A stretch of DNA of 64,000 nt from an uncultured Methanosarcinaceae archaeon (GCA_963727895.1 CAVSHT010000004.1:1-64000), one strand, 5' to 3'; positions 36,018-47,426 are shown, counted from the first letter of the stretch. The notes: a model not told the origin generated them from the sequence alone. Numbers and translations: made by a program.

Positions 36018-36199
36018 ACTACTTTCTTCAAAATTTTTACTTTTTTTCTTTTTCCAGAAATACACTTCTTTTTCGCAGACAGTTTTTAGACTGTTGCTTT
36101 CATACAAACACTATGGGTACACTTCTTACAAACATTTTACTTATCATCTCATTTTTTGTGTCTGCTCCAATAAAATCAGTATCAGAAGGAAAAAATGAC

Positions 36200-37080
36200 T
36201 TGTTACTTATTACTAACTAGACATGCGTCTGAGAGTAGCAGACAGACAGACAAAACGAAAATTGCTTTTTGCTAGTGGTGGAAGGATTGAGTTTTAAGGG
36301 GAATTTTTCTAAAGAGTTGCAGAAATGGCTTTGAAGATTTTGAAACATGCAAGCCATGCGAAAACGCTATCATTGGAAACAGACAGGTGGTCTTTTTTGT
36401 ATCTCTAAATGATTATATAGACGTGCAAGGCACAGGGAGCAGCCAGCCAGAAGAACACACCAATATTTCAACGAATCAGCCGATATTATAGTAAACATTT
36501 TATATATATTTAAACACATATAATATAATTACTTACTAAAAGTTTTGTTACCATTAAAAACATTGCAGGAGTTCTCTATCACCTCTTCTACACCCTCCTA
36601 ATAAAGCCGTTCGTCCTTGGGCGACACTTCCTGCTGTTAGGGTTTTTCAAGCTTTCCCTGACAGCACACTCCTCTTTTCCTCTCATTATTTTCTAAAGCA
36701 ACGGGAATCCTACTTATGGATCTTGAAGAGCACATACTCCCCTTTTTTAAGGCTCTAGGAAAGGTTTGAAAAAATTGTAAGGTAATTTGCTTACGGTGCG
36801 GGAGTTTGAGGCTGTAGAAGCAAATTTGAGGCGTTTGTTTTAGTCGTTGAGATGTTGTAACCAACTGTGACCAAGTAACGTACTTTACAAGATTTATCTC
36901 AAAATTGATTTTCTTAATTTCTTTTTTTACTTATTTATTTTTTATATCCTACACTAATCGTATCAAATTTAGACTATTTTTAGTTAAATCTTAACTTTAA
37001 TCTTATAAGACTTATCTTTTAATTGTCAGGATTTCATGAGATCCTTGTTTTTGCTTTCAACCTTCTTTCTGTTTTGTCTG
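36200..37080. other. conserved non-coding block; candidate origin (copy 2)
   Basis: Shares motif blocks with 4120-4822. Confidence 0.4.
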
Positions 37081-37782
37081 TTATGCAGTTACTGTCTGTT
37101 CCGGTGAACCTGTCAACCATAGCTCTTCAGTTGGAATTTGTCTTGCAAAAATCAACCTTAGCTCTTTTCTTCCGTGGTCTGCTTTATCGATAAATATATC
37201 ATTAGTTGCACATCTCTGTTCAACTGTCTCAAAAATATCACGTTTTAGTTTTCTCAGATTCTTCGTAGACTCAGGCTGGAATTCTTCAGGTAGATAATTC
37301 TCAACGAATTTTTTAAAGTCTCTGGAGTCTAGTACTCTAGTATCAATATTAGCAAAAGGTGAAACTGCTTTTGGGAGGTCAGTACTTTTTTTCATGTACT
37401 CAATGAGAAAATCAGCGCGAATTTCTGTGATATTTTTAGAAGGTGCTATAAGTGATCGATCAATAAGTTCAGGTTTTAACGTAGTGTTTATTTTAGACAC
37501 TAAATCGTTAAGCCTGGTTATCTGCATAGGAATAGTAGGTTCATGGTCTTCATCATCGTAAGAAAAGTCCTCAATTCCTAAAACAGTTTCAATTTCTGCA
37601 AGTCTCTGAACTGGTCTGATCTCAGAAGTTGCAAGATTAGCATTGAATTTTGTCTTAATTTCTTCCTGGAATTCAAGATCTTCGTTGATTAGATATCTTG
37701 TGAAACCTTTGAGTGCCTCAACAAATCCAGGCTGTTCAAAAAAGTGCATAAACTCTTCAGGTACATAATCAGCGAGACTCAT
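37081..37782 (-). CDS. conserved backbone protein, 233 aa, copy 2
   Basis: Intact; homologous to 4823..5530. Confidence 0.85.
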   Translation of the reverse strand: MSLADYVPEEFMHFFEQPGFVEALKGFTRYLINEDLEFQEEIKTKFNANLATSEIRPVQRLAEIETVLGIEDFSYDDEDHEPTIPMQITRLNDLVSKINTTLKPELIDRSLIAPSKNITEIRADFLIEYMKKSTDLPKAVSPFANIDTRVLDSRDFKKFVENYLPEEFQPESTKNLRKLKRDIFETVEQRCATNDIFIDKADHGRKELRLIFARQIPTEELWLTGSPEQTVTA

Positions 37783-37865
37783 AAAAAGCCTCCTGAGATC
37801 GTGATGTGTTCAAAAAACGATACGAAAATTATATAAGCAAAGCTGTTGTTGTAATTATTGTTCAT
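37779..37865 (-). CDS. 28-aa leader peptide MNNNYNNSFAYIIFVSFFEHITISGGFL
   Basis: AAGGAG RBS; TGA overlaps the ATG of the 233-aa gene; homologous to 5527..5613. Confidence 0.7.
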   Translation of the reverse strand: MNNNYNNSFAYIIFVSFFEHITISGGFL

Positions 37866-37950
37866 ATACTATAACTCCTTATCTACAAGGGGTAGGGGGT
37901 TACAGGGTCCAAGCTGTAACCTCAACAATTAATCTTTTTTAATCATTTCT
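37857..37950 (+). ncRNA. candidate cis-antisense RNA (copy 2)
   Basis: GAAAA-TTATATAA at 37824-37836; hairpins CTCCTT/AAGGGG and GGGGTTACAG/CTGTAACCTC (37896-37923); T-run after. Confidence 0.5.
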
Positions 37951-38231
37951 TCTAGTTTTTCATTCACTATATATTGTTCAAGAAGCATTATTGCCTCTAC
38001 CTTTTTATTATTTAAATTCAGTTTATAATATTGAATTTGTCCGGCCTTTCCAGCCTTTACAATAATATCGTCTTTTAGCAAATTTTTAACATATTTGATT
38101 ACTGCAACTCTCGAGACATCTGTCATTCTGGCAATGTCAGCTAAATACAATTTATCATTATAATTTTCAACGAATGCTTCCAACACTCTTAATCGTGGAC
38201 TATCGCCTAATAATTCTGACAGCACGCTCAT
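37929..38231 (-). CDS. winged-HTH (ArsR/MarR-like) regulator
   Basis: LLGDSPRLRVLE...LADIARMTDVSRVAVIKYVKNLLKDDII...YYKLN. Confidence 0.85.
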   Translation of the reverse strand: MSVLSELLGDSPRLRVLEAFVENYNDKLYLADIARMTDVSRVAVIKYVKNLLKDDIIVKAGKAGQIQYYKLNLNNKKVEAIMLLEQYIVNEKLEEMIKKD

Positions 38232-38305
38232 ATCTTATACTTTATGCCAAAGACTGTATATAATGTTTACTATTCTGCTTATTAAGTAGTCATTTTCGAT
38301 GCGTC

Positions 38306-38916
38306 GGTTCCGTTGCAAAAAATATTTGTTAAGGATATAATAAAATAAAAGGGAAGTAAAGGATAGTGATATGCTATCTAATCCCTTTAAATGGAAGCAT
38401 TTTGTAGGTGAAATTATTTTATTAAATGTCAGATGGTACTTAAAATACCCATTGAGTTATCGAAATTTAAAGGGAATGATGGCAGAAAGAGGGGTAATAG
38501 TCAACCATACAACCATTATGAGATGGGTACATCAATACTCATCTGAAATAGAAAAGAAGATCAGAAGGCATTTAAGACCAACAAATGACTCTTGGAGAGT
38601 TGATGAAACTTACATCGGAGTTAAAGGTGAATGAAAGTATTTTTACCGAGCAGTTGAATCAAATGGAGATACAATTGATTTCATGTTAAGTGCAAAACGA
38701 GACCAAAAAGCAGCGAACAGATTCTTCAAAAAAGCTTTGAACTCTAATCATAATCAAATTCCAAGAGTAATCACAGTTGACAAAAATCCAGCTTATCCAC
38801 CTGCTATAAATAAACTGAAAAATGATAAAATACTACCTATAAACGTAGGCATTCGACAAATCAAGTATTTGAATAACATTATAGAACAAGATCATAGATC
38901 CATTAAAAGAATAGTT
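38306..38916 (+). mobile_element. IS6-family element, 3'-truncated by IS1
   Basis: Left TIR; same Trp-to-TGA stop as the 34699 copy. Confidence 0.92.
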
Positions 38917-39674
38917 GGTATTGTTACTTAACTATATCTAGTTCTTTATTTCTGTATTTCATCAATAGAATAACCGAGTACTTTAGCATTTCAAGACTCT
39001 TCGTATAACACTGACTCTTCGTATAACACTTTGTCTTTCTTCTCAACCTTGCCAGAAAGTGCCTCAATATGCTGTTATATCCTTCAACAGTATACGTTTT
39101 TGCTTTTGATTGAGTATGGATCTTTTCTGGAATAAACTCTGCATATGCTCTCCAGTGATCGGTCATCACTTCTCCAATCTCTTTTTTCTTCAATTTTTCC
39201 CAGAGTAATTTTCCAGTTTCCGTTCCTCTGCTACCAAAAGAGCAGTTGATGAACTTTTTCCCAACTCTATCAACAGCAATCCAGATACAGCAATATTTTT
39301 TTTGTTACCGATGTAAGTGTGCATTTCATCCATTTCAACAATAGATATCTCATTTTCACTTTTTAGGTTCTTTCACTCCTGACCAAATTTCTTGATCCAT
39401 TTTTGGACAGAAACATGACTTACCCCTAAAACTCTTTCTATTGAGCGGAAGCCCAATCCTTCAAGATAGAGTTGTAAAGCCTGTCTTTTTACAGAAGCGG
39501 AAAAAGCAGTTGATTTTAGCTCTACTGTATAGTTATAGCCACAATCAGAGCATTTGTACCGTTGACGCCCGCCAACTATACCATTCTTTTTGTGACTGGA
39601 ACTATTGCATCTGGGGCGGTTCATGAAGAAATATACTTTCTAATAGTATATAACAATGTTTAATTACCAATGCC
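38917..39674 (-). mobile_element. IS1-family element, pseudogenised
   Basis: Both ends; stop after KFGQE; 18-bp tandem duplication GACTCTTCGTATAACACT near 38995-39030. Confidence 0.93.
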
Positions 39675-40017
39675 TCATTTATTATTGAGTAAATAGGCTG
39701 TATTTTTGAATAATTACGAAAAAAGTGAGAATATTAGTTAAAAAAATTCCTTGTTAACTTATGTTTGAGAAACCAGACTTGATAACATCTGTTTTTTATT
39801 ATCATTGGATTCTTAATTATATTTCTCTAAATAGTATATAACAATGTTTAATTACCAATGCCTCATTTATTATTGAGTAAATAGGCTGTATTTTTGAATA
39901 ATTACGAAAAAAGTGAGAATATTAGTTAAAAAAATTCCTTGTTAACTTATGTTTGAGAAACCAGACTTGATAACATCTGTTTTTTATTATCATTGGATTC
40001 TTAATTATATTTCTCTA
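39642..40017. repeat. 188-bp exact tandem duplication including the IS1 left end
   Basis: 39642-39829 repeated at 39830-40017. Confidence 0.9.
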
Positions 40018-40162
40018 GCTATTATATACCATATACAATATAGAGACCCTTGTTATAATTTAAAGCATATCTTGATCAGGACATAAAATAAGGTTATTCT
40101 AGTCGATTTTATTAACTGGTCATTGGCTTAGATTGTATCAACATCTAAAAGGAGATTAATGT

Positions 40163-40444
40163 ATGGGGAAACAAACATTTAAAAAGAAAGCAGCAATACT
40201 GTTTTCATTGTTTTTAATAATAGCATTGACTGCCTCATCAGCATCTGCATGGTATTCGAAAGGAACAGCAGCATCAACAGGAACAAAATCAGCAGGTGCG
40301 GCATCTACAACTGTAAATACCATGAATACGGCTAGTACTGGTACTGGTAGTTGTAGTAGCAGTGGCGGCTGTAGTGGCAGTGGCGGAAGTAGTAGCGGCG
40401 GCTGTAGTGGCAGTGGCGGAAGTAGTAGCAGTGGTGGATGTTAG
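40163..40444 (+). CDS. 93-aa secreted Ser/Gly/Cys-rich protein
   Basis: AAGGAG RBS; signal peptide ending ASA; C-terminal (SSSGGCSGSGG) repeats. Confidence 0.8.
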   Translation: MGKQTFKKKAAILFSLFLIIALTASSASAWYSKGTAASTGTKSAGAASTTVNTMNTASTGTGSCSSSGGCSGSGGSSSGGCSGSGGSSSSGGC

Positions 40445-40603
40445 AAATAATCACATAACTTGAAGAAACACTTAGAGTCTATCCAAAAAAATGGTGCAAC
40501 GTTTACAATTTTTATAAAATACCATTATTGAGTTTTTGGACTGACTCCAAGTTCCTTTTTTCTGATATCTTAATTCAACCTATTCACCAAACACTGTCGT
40601 TTT

Positions 40604-41471
40604 GGTTCCGTTGCAAAAAATATCTGCTAAGGATATAATTAAAATAAAAATGAAATCAAAGGTAGTGACATGCTATCTAATTCCTTTAAATGGAAGCACT
40701 TTGTAGGTGAAATTATCTTATTGAATGTTAGATGGTACTTAAAATATCCATTAAGTTATCGAAATTTAAAGGAAATGATGACAGAAAGAGGGGTAATAGT
40801 CAACCATACAACCATTATGAGATGGGTACATCAATACTCACCTGAAATAGAAAAGAAGGTCAGAAGACATTTAAGACCAACAAACGACTCTTGGAGAGTT
40901 GATGAAACTTACATCGGAGTTAAAGGTAAATGGAAATATTTTTATCGAGCAGTTGACTCAAATGGAGATACAATTGATTTCATGTTGAGTGCAAAACGAA
41001 ATAAAAAAGCAGCAAACAGATTCTTCAAAAAAGCTTTGAACTCTAATCATAATCAAATTCCAAGAGTAATAACAATTGATAAAAATCCAGCTTATCCACC
41101 TGCTATAGATAAACTAAAAAATGACAAACTACTACCTATAAACGTAGGCATTCGACAAATCAAGTATTTGAATAACATTATAGAACAGGATCATAGATCC
41201 ATTAAACGAATAGTTAATCCAATGTTAGGATTTCAGTCTTTTAACACAGCTATTAAGACTTTAAAAGGAATTGAAGCGATGAATATGATTAAAAAAGAAC
41301 AAGTCAAGAATCTAAATTACTCTAGTCTTAATGAAGCTAAATATGTTAATCAATTATTTGGAATAGTTCTATTAATTAATTAATTAATTAATTAATCTTT
41401 GTGAATATTTTAACTTTTGTTTATTATCCATAGACTTACATGCTTATTCTGAGATTTTTTGCAACGGAACC
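40604..41471 (+). mobile_element. IS6-family element with an open transposase ORF 40670..41383
   Basis: Both TIRs; (ATTA)n expansion at the stop codon. Confidence 0.96.
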
Positions 41472-41483
41472 AATTGCCAAGAC

Positions 41484-41577
41484 ACTAGTGTCGAGTAAAT
41501 CCTTAAGAATTCAATGATTCCGAATAATTAATTGCAATCGATTTGATACGACATTTTGCTGTTGACCCGACACTAGT
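41484..41577. mobile_element. MITE-like element with TIR ACTAGTGTCG
   Basis: ACTAGTGTCG ... CGACACTAGT. Confidence 0.6.
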
Positions 41578-41665
41578 TCAGAGAAATAGTTTTTAGTTTT
41601 AGGATAGGTTCAATGGCTATTGTGAGCAAGAAACCTTGTTATCTGAACTTGAATCTTTTGGGGTC

Positions 41666-42810
41666 TTATTGGGGATAGGCAATTAAAATATTCTTTTGTT
41701 TCTCACTTATTTTTTCCGAATTTTCATATCTGCAATGATAGCTTTCCCCTGAGGCTGTAAGTGGATCTACATGGATAGTTGTTCCGAAAAGATAGGAAAA
41801 GTTCTCCAGAAGCTTTTCTCTTATCGCTTTAGCAATTTCATGTCCCTCTTCAACCGAAATCGAAGGCGCAACGGCAACATTGATCTCCACATGGAGCTGA
41901 TGTCCGATCCAACGGACTCTAAGATCCGTAACTTCACAAACACCTTCAACACTCCCAGCAATACTTTTTACGTCATCAATAACTTCAGGTTCAACACCGT
42001 CAAGAAGGCGAGTAAACACGAGTTTGCTTATGTCAAAGACTATTTTCAGGATTGTTATTGTGATTAGCACACCAATAAGAGGATCAATTATAGGGTACCC
42101 TAACCAGATTCCTGCAGCTCCGATAAGAACTGCAAGGCTGGCAAAGCCATCTACCCGAGCATGGTAGCCGTCAGCAATAAGAGCTGCACTCCCAATTTCC
42201 TTCCCTATTTTCATTCGGAACTGGGCTACTAACTCGTTTCCAACACAGCCTATAATCCCGGCGACAACTACAGCCTGCAAATGCTCTACCGGTTGTGGGT
42301 TGAAAAAGCGGTTTATAGACTCATATCCTGCAACTATCGCACTGAAAAGGATGAGGAAAACAATGATCATTCCTGCAAGATCTTCTACTCTGCCATACCC
42401 GTAGGAGAAGCATTTGTTTGGCTTTTTTCTGACCAGGGAAAAAGCTATTGCAAGAGGAATTGCAGTAGATGCATCCCCAAAGTTATGGATGGTATCGGCA
42501 AGAAGAGCAACACTGCCTGACATATAAACAATGGTAATTTGCAGGATAGCTGTGATCATCAGCCCTATAAATGACCATTTGACAACCCAGAGCCCTTTGC
42601 TAGTAGCAAGTATGGGAAGGGATCAACAGTTCCATGAGTATGACTGTGCCCATGGGAATGGGCCTGGGAATGAATTAAGGATTTCTCATGAGAATGAGCA
42701 TGAAAATGGGGGTGGAATTTAAAAAATCCTTTTTTGTGGGTATTCTCATGTAGCTGCTCGGGGCAGCTCTCCTTTTCAGGGGGATGAAAATTAGAATACT
42801 TTTCAGACAT
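41666..42810 (-). pseudogene. cation diffusion facilitator (CDF) with His-rich N-terminus, frameshifted near 42600
   Basis: SGSVALLADTIHNFGD, YGYGRVEDLAG, SAALIADGYHARVD; HSHGHSHTHG is in the upstream frame. The downstream ORF might still be translated. Confidence 0.88.
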
Positions 42811-42936
42811 AACTGACCTCTTGATTAGTTTGTTATTAAACCATCCTGAAACCCATTTCGTTCCTGATCATCAAAGATTTCCAAAAATGCTCTTTTATGA
42901 TAAGAAGCTCGATCGATTACTGAAAGGACGAGATTC

Positions 42937-43051
42937 GGTAGTGGGTGTGAGTTATTGAAAAACATATGTATAAGACTCTCTTTACATTTTCTTTAAATAA
43001 GATAGATGTACTTGCTTTTTAGGAATTGATCAATAACTCACGTACACGACC
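42937..43051. mobile_element. MITE with 8-bp TSD CGAGATTC, apparently nested in an older IS5-type MITE
   Basis: IR GTGAGTTATTGA/TCAATAACTCAC; TSD at 42929-42936 and 43052-43059. Confidence 0.75.
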
Positions 43052-43693
43052 CGAGATTCGAAGAGCAAATTTTGATTAACGATATAAGCTCAACAAGCAA
43101 ACTTGGAAGCAGTTTTATAAATAGTATTTATCTTTAAAAAAGAATTTTTTATGCAGGGATTCATACTTTTTTTGGAGGAATGTTATATAAAGAAACTTTC
43201 CATCATGAGCAGTTGTAGCTAATCTTCCAATATAAGCAAAAAAATTAGATATTTATTACTGGAAATTAGAGATGGGGTATTTTCCTGTATATTAACAATG
43301 ATTTTGAGACTGATTTTTCGTATGGACTGATGAACTCAGAAATACTTCAATATTTTAGTGCAGCGAGAAATCCGAATTTTCAATAAATGTTATAATTTTA
43401 TTATCACAAATTCTCACAATATAATATAAATTTATGAGGAATTTAGAAAATAATTCCTTTAATGAAAACAAGTAACAATGAATTTATCCAAAAGTATGAT
43501 GATGCCTAAAAACAATCACTTAAGAAATAAAATATATATGAAAAACAAGGAAAGACAATTAAAGTTGTGTTTGCTCGCCAAATATTCATAAAAGTCCCAT
43601 TTCCATTTTTCTAAACAAAAATCTTTATATATAATCAATTTCTGCGAAAATCAGAACTAGGAAAAAAGAGATTTAGAAATCTGTTTAGAAAAC

Positions 43694-43843
43694 GGTTCCG
43701 TTGCAAAAAATCAGAGCATTTTACAAAATTGTTGAAAACCTTCACAATAAGATAAGTTTGGTGAGTACATATGGATTAAAATGACATTTTAAGGAAAGAA
43801 GAATAACTTCAACGTACAGAAAAATTATTTTTGCAACGGAACC
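43694..43843. mobile_element. 150-bp IS6-type MITE
   Basis: Perfect IS6 TIRs. Confidence 0.9.
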
Positions 43844-43877
43844 GATAATTTCACCTACAAAGTGCTTCCATTTAAAG

Positions 43878-44026
43878 GGTTCCGTTGCAAAAAATCAGAA
43901 CATTTTACAAAATCACTGAAAACCTTCACAATTAAGAATGTTAATCAATCTCATCACCAGGAAAATGGTACAAAAGGTAAGAATTATAGTATCAAACTGC
44001 TGAAATATTATTTTTGCACCACAACC
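43878..44026. mobile_element. 149-bp IS6-type MITE
   Basis: GGTTCCGTTGC ... GCACCACAACC; separated from the previous MITE by 34 bp of IS6 transposase sequence. Confidence 0.9.
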
Positions 44027-44263
44027 ATTATTATTCCCCACTGCTATGAATCAATACTGATACCCTATTTCCTTCTTAGAAAATAATACCTTTCAGTAAA
44101 CCTCTTTTTCAGGAGTGATTGGCCGAAGAGAACTCGGTCTTTTAAAGCTTGTAGGGAAGAAACGCCTATCGTTATCTGGCGCAAAACTCTCAAAGGTAAT
44201 ATCTAAAAAAAGATTTTAAGCGGTTCATTCTATGCCGCTTAAATAATAGTTAAATATATTCAT

Positions 44264-44524
44264 TTACTCTTTTGGAAGTCCGAAGGCAACAATATAGCCT
44301 CCTGAGTTAGCAACTTCCATGTTGTTTCCTGTGGGCACCAATAGCATACCGTCTCCTATAGATGATCCACCTATGCCAATTGGGGCTCCTACATTGAATT
44401 CCCACAGCTCTTTGCCAGTTTCGGCATCATACGCCCTGAGAATTCCCGATGTTATTAGTGGTGTTTCAGTTGGGGCTCCATAGTCACCAAACGGGTAGGT
44501 TACACCTGTTTCATTATTTCCTAC
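44264..44524 (-). pseudogene. C-terminal fragment of a PQQ-binding-like beta-propeller protein
   Basis: LRAYDAETGKELWEFNVG...YIVAFGLP; cut by a MITE. Confidence 0.8.
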
Positions 44525-44674
44525 GGTTCCGTTGCAAAAATAATTTTTCTGTACTTTGAGGTTATTCTTCTTCCCTTTAAATATCATTTTAACCCAAATT
44601 TGCTCACTAAAATTATCTTATTGTGAAGGTTTTCAACGATTTTGTAAAATGCTCTGATTTTTTGCAACGGAACC
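44525..44674. mobile_element. 150-bp IS6-type MITE
   Basis: TIRs; direct-repeat sibling at 46176..46325. Confidence 0.9.
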
Positions 44675-44936
44675 CTTATCTCTATATTTGATAGGGATTA
44701 GGTATTTATAAATGGATTATTTATTATTTAATTGATTTCTATAAATTCTATTTAATTTATATAATTTATTTGGGAAATTAATCGGCTACTTGCATATGGG
44801 GGTAAGGAATGAAAATAAAATTAATGGTTTTTCTGTTGGTGCTTTGCTTGGTTTTCTCATTTGGGTTAGCACAAGCACAAATGGGAGAATACAATATTGT
44901 TCACAATTTTCTTTCCTAAAAGTAGCTGAGGTTATT

Positions 44937-45965
44937 ATGACTGACAACAAGAGATCACAGAAGGATTATTTGCCCATCTTTTTAATACTCAGTTTCTTTG
45001 TGGTTGTACAGGTTTTTGCTTTATTTTTGTCGGGTTTGATGGCAAAAAGTGGGCTGCAAATTTTTAGAGATCCGACACAGATTTCCAATTCCGCGATTTT
45101 TATTGGTTTAATGTTGATTTCAGCCATACTAAGTCTAATATTTATAAAATTTGGCATTCAGAATCTATCAGAAAAGTCATTAATGGCATGCTCCAAAAGT
45201 TACTATAAATCCATAACATCGAGTATCCATTCAGACTGTGCATACCGCAACCATAAAAGTTACAGTAAGTCACATGCTTTTCAGATTGGTTTTAAATGGA
45301 TCTTTAAATTTCTTGTGTACATTTCAACCATGTTAACTCTTTATATCACATTCGTAATGTTATTCACTTTCATTCCATTTTTTCTATTTTTAACAGTAGC
45401 AGAATACAATATTGCCAGTTTTGTTGTAGCCATCACACTAACAGTGTTAATTTACATGTATCCTGAATGGTATATCATCGATATTATCGGAATATGTTCG
45501 GCTAGTGGTATAGCCGCATTATTCGGAATTTCTTTTTCTATTATACCGGCGATAATTGTTCTTGTGCTTCTTGCGATCTATGATGCCATTTCAGTATACA
45601 AAACAAAGCATATGATAACCATAGTAAATGCAGGCATGGATTCAAAACTACCACTTATGTTGATTGCTCCAAACAACTTGAATTATTCATTTATCAAAAG
45701 TAGCTTCAAAAAAGAAGGCACAGACGAAGCTTTTTTCGTAGGGATTGGGGATATTGTTGCGCCTACTATACTAGTTGTTTCCGCTCACATTTTTCTGCAT
45801 AATGCTTATCCTGTAATTGGAGCAATGTTCGGTACACTCCTTGGTTGCATAATTATGTTCACTATAACTATCAAAGGAAACAGCGCTCAAGCAGGGCTTC
45901 CTTCCCTTAATTTAGGAGCAATACTTGGATTTTTTGCAGGTGGCCTGCTCTTGGGATTTCAATGA
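44937..45965 (+). CDS. presenilin-family (GxGD) intramembrane aspartyl protease with an in-frame insertion
   Basis: YPEWY, YDAISVYKTKHM, GIGD, QAGLP.LN; start moved to the ATG after the GAGGT RBS. Confidence 0.92.
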   Translation: MTDNKRSQKDYLPIFLILSFFVVVQVFALFLSGLMAKSGLQIFRDPTQISNSAIFIGLMLISAILSLIFIKFGIQNLSEKSLMACSKSYYKSITSSIHSDCAYRNHKSYSKSHAFQIGFKWIFKFLVYISTMLTLYITFVMLFTFIPFFLFLTVAEYNIASFVVAITLTVLIYMYPEWYIIDIIGICSASGIAALFGISFSIIPAIIVLVLLAIYDAISVYKTKHMITIVNAGMDSKLPLMLIAPNNLNYSFIKSSFKKEGTDEAFFVGIGDIVAPTILVVSAHIFLHNAYPVIGAMFGTLLGCIIMFTITIKGNSAQAGLPSLNLGAILGFFAGGLLLGFQ

Positions 45966-46175
45966 TGTATCAGCTATCAGGTTGATCTTTTTAGGTAGAT
46001 AAGCTAAATAAAGACAAATTAGCAAAGTTCGAATTTTGCGACAAAGGAGCAAGGGTTCTGTTGCAAAAATATAGTCAACTCATGAATTAATTACACTTTT
46101 AATTTGTTCATCAAATAATTTTATCCAACTATTAGCAAACGATTTTGATTTAGCTAACTTCATGTATTCATTTTT

Positions 46176-46325
46176 GGTTCTGGTGCAAAAATAATTTTTC
46201 TGTACTTTGAGGTTATTTTTCTTTCCTTTAAATGTCATTTTTACCCAAATTTGCTCACTAAAATTATCTTATTGTGAAGGTTTTCAACGATTTTGTAAAA
46301 TGCTCTGATTTTTTGCAACGGAACC
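46176..46325. mobile_element. 150-bp IS6-type MITE
   Basis: GGTTCTGGTGC ... GCAACGGAACC. Confidence 0.9.
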
Positions 46326-46547
46326 GGTAAAACCTATGTGTTTTCTGAATAATCCAATTTTAAGGATACTTCAGAACCCGAATGTTTCATCCTAAGAAGG
46401 TTCGTGTCTTATTTTTGTAGTGTAATTTCTCCTTCGTAATGTTTCCACTTAAAGGAATTAGACAGCATATTACTATTCTCTTGATTTCTTCCTTATTCAA
46501 TTGAATCCTTATTATGAATTTTTGCAGCAGAACCCGACGATAGGCTC

Positions 46548-47198
46548 CTAATCATGCATCTTTGATTTACGTTTGCTCTGAATGTATTTAATAATACCAA
46601 AAAATGAAAAAACAAGAATAATCACAAGTATTGCAAGACTAAAGTTATCTTTTACGATAGGTAAGTTTCCAAAAAAGTACCCTGCAAAGAGGAATGTAGA
46701 TACCCATGAGACAACACCCACTACATTATACCAAAAGAACTTTGAATAGGGCGTAAACCCCATACCTGCTACAAAAGGCGCTAAAGTACGGAATATAGGC
46801 AGAAAGCTAGCTATTATTATTGTTCTTGCTCCATATCTTTGGAAAAATCTGCGTGTGCGGTCAAGGTATTCTTTTTTAATAAACCTTATATCTTCATCTT
46901 TTGTGATCTTCTTTCTTACTAAATGACCAATAAAATAATTGGCGTTATCTCCAGAAACGACTGCAAGACATAATACGAAAAATAGAGCTGATATATTAAG
47001 CGATCCAGTAGCAGCCAAAGTTCCAGTGGAGAAAAGGACGGTATCACCAGGTACTAAGGGAGTTACTACAAATCCAGTTTCACTGAAGAGTATAAAAAAT
47101 AATAATAAATAGATCAGCAGACCATGTTTATTTGTTAATGCGATTAGATGAGTATTAAAATGAAAAATGAGGTCTATATAATAATATAGATTAACCAT
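46548..47198 (-). CDS. DedA/VTT-family membrane protein
   Basis: FSETGFVVTPLVPGDTVLF, GDNANY, FFQRYG, PIFRTLAPFVAG. Confidence 0.93.
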   Translation of the reverse strand: MVNLYYYIDLIFHFNTHLIALTNKHGLLIYLLLFFILFSETGFVVTPLVPGDTVLFSTGTLAATGSLNISALFFVLCLAVVSGDNANYFIGHLVRKKITKDEDIRFIKKEYLDRTRRFFQRYGARTIIIASFLPIFRTLAPFVAGMGFTPYSKFFWYNVVGVVSWVSTFLFAGYFFGNLPIVKDNFSLAILVIILVFSFFGIIKYIQSKRKSKMHD

Positions 47199-47426
47199 GC
47201 AAATACTTCTATAGAAATGTCTGTTACTTATAATATGGCTAATGCCACAAAGAGTCAAAGCAACTTGACCTTTTTGCAACATAACCAAAAATACGAACTT
47301 TTTGACCTAAAACGTAGCTATCTTTGTGAGATCTTACAAGAGCTAAAAAATCAATTCTTTAAGATACATTGAATCTATTTTTTATAAAAGATGTTTGAAT
47401 ATAATGAGTCGTGTCACTTGTTAAAA

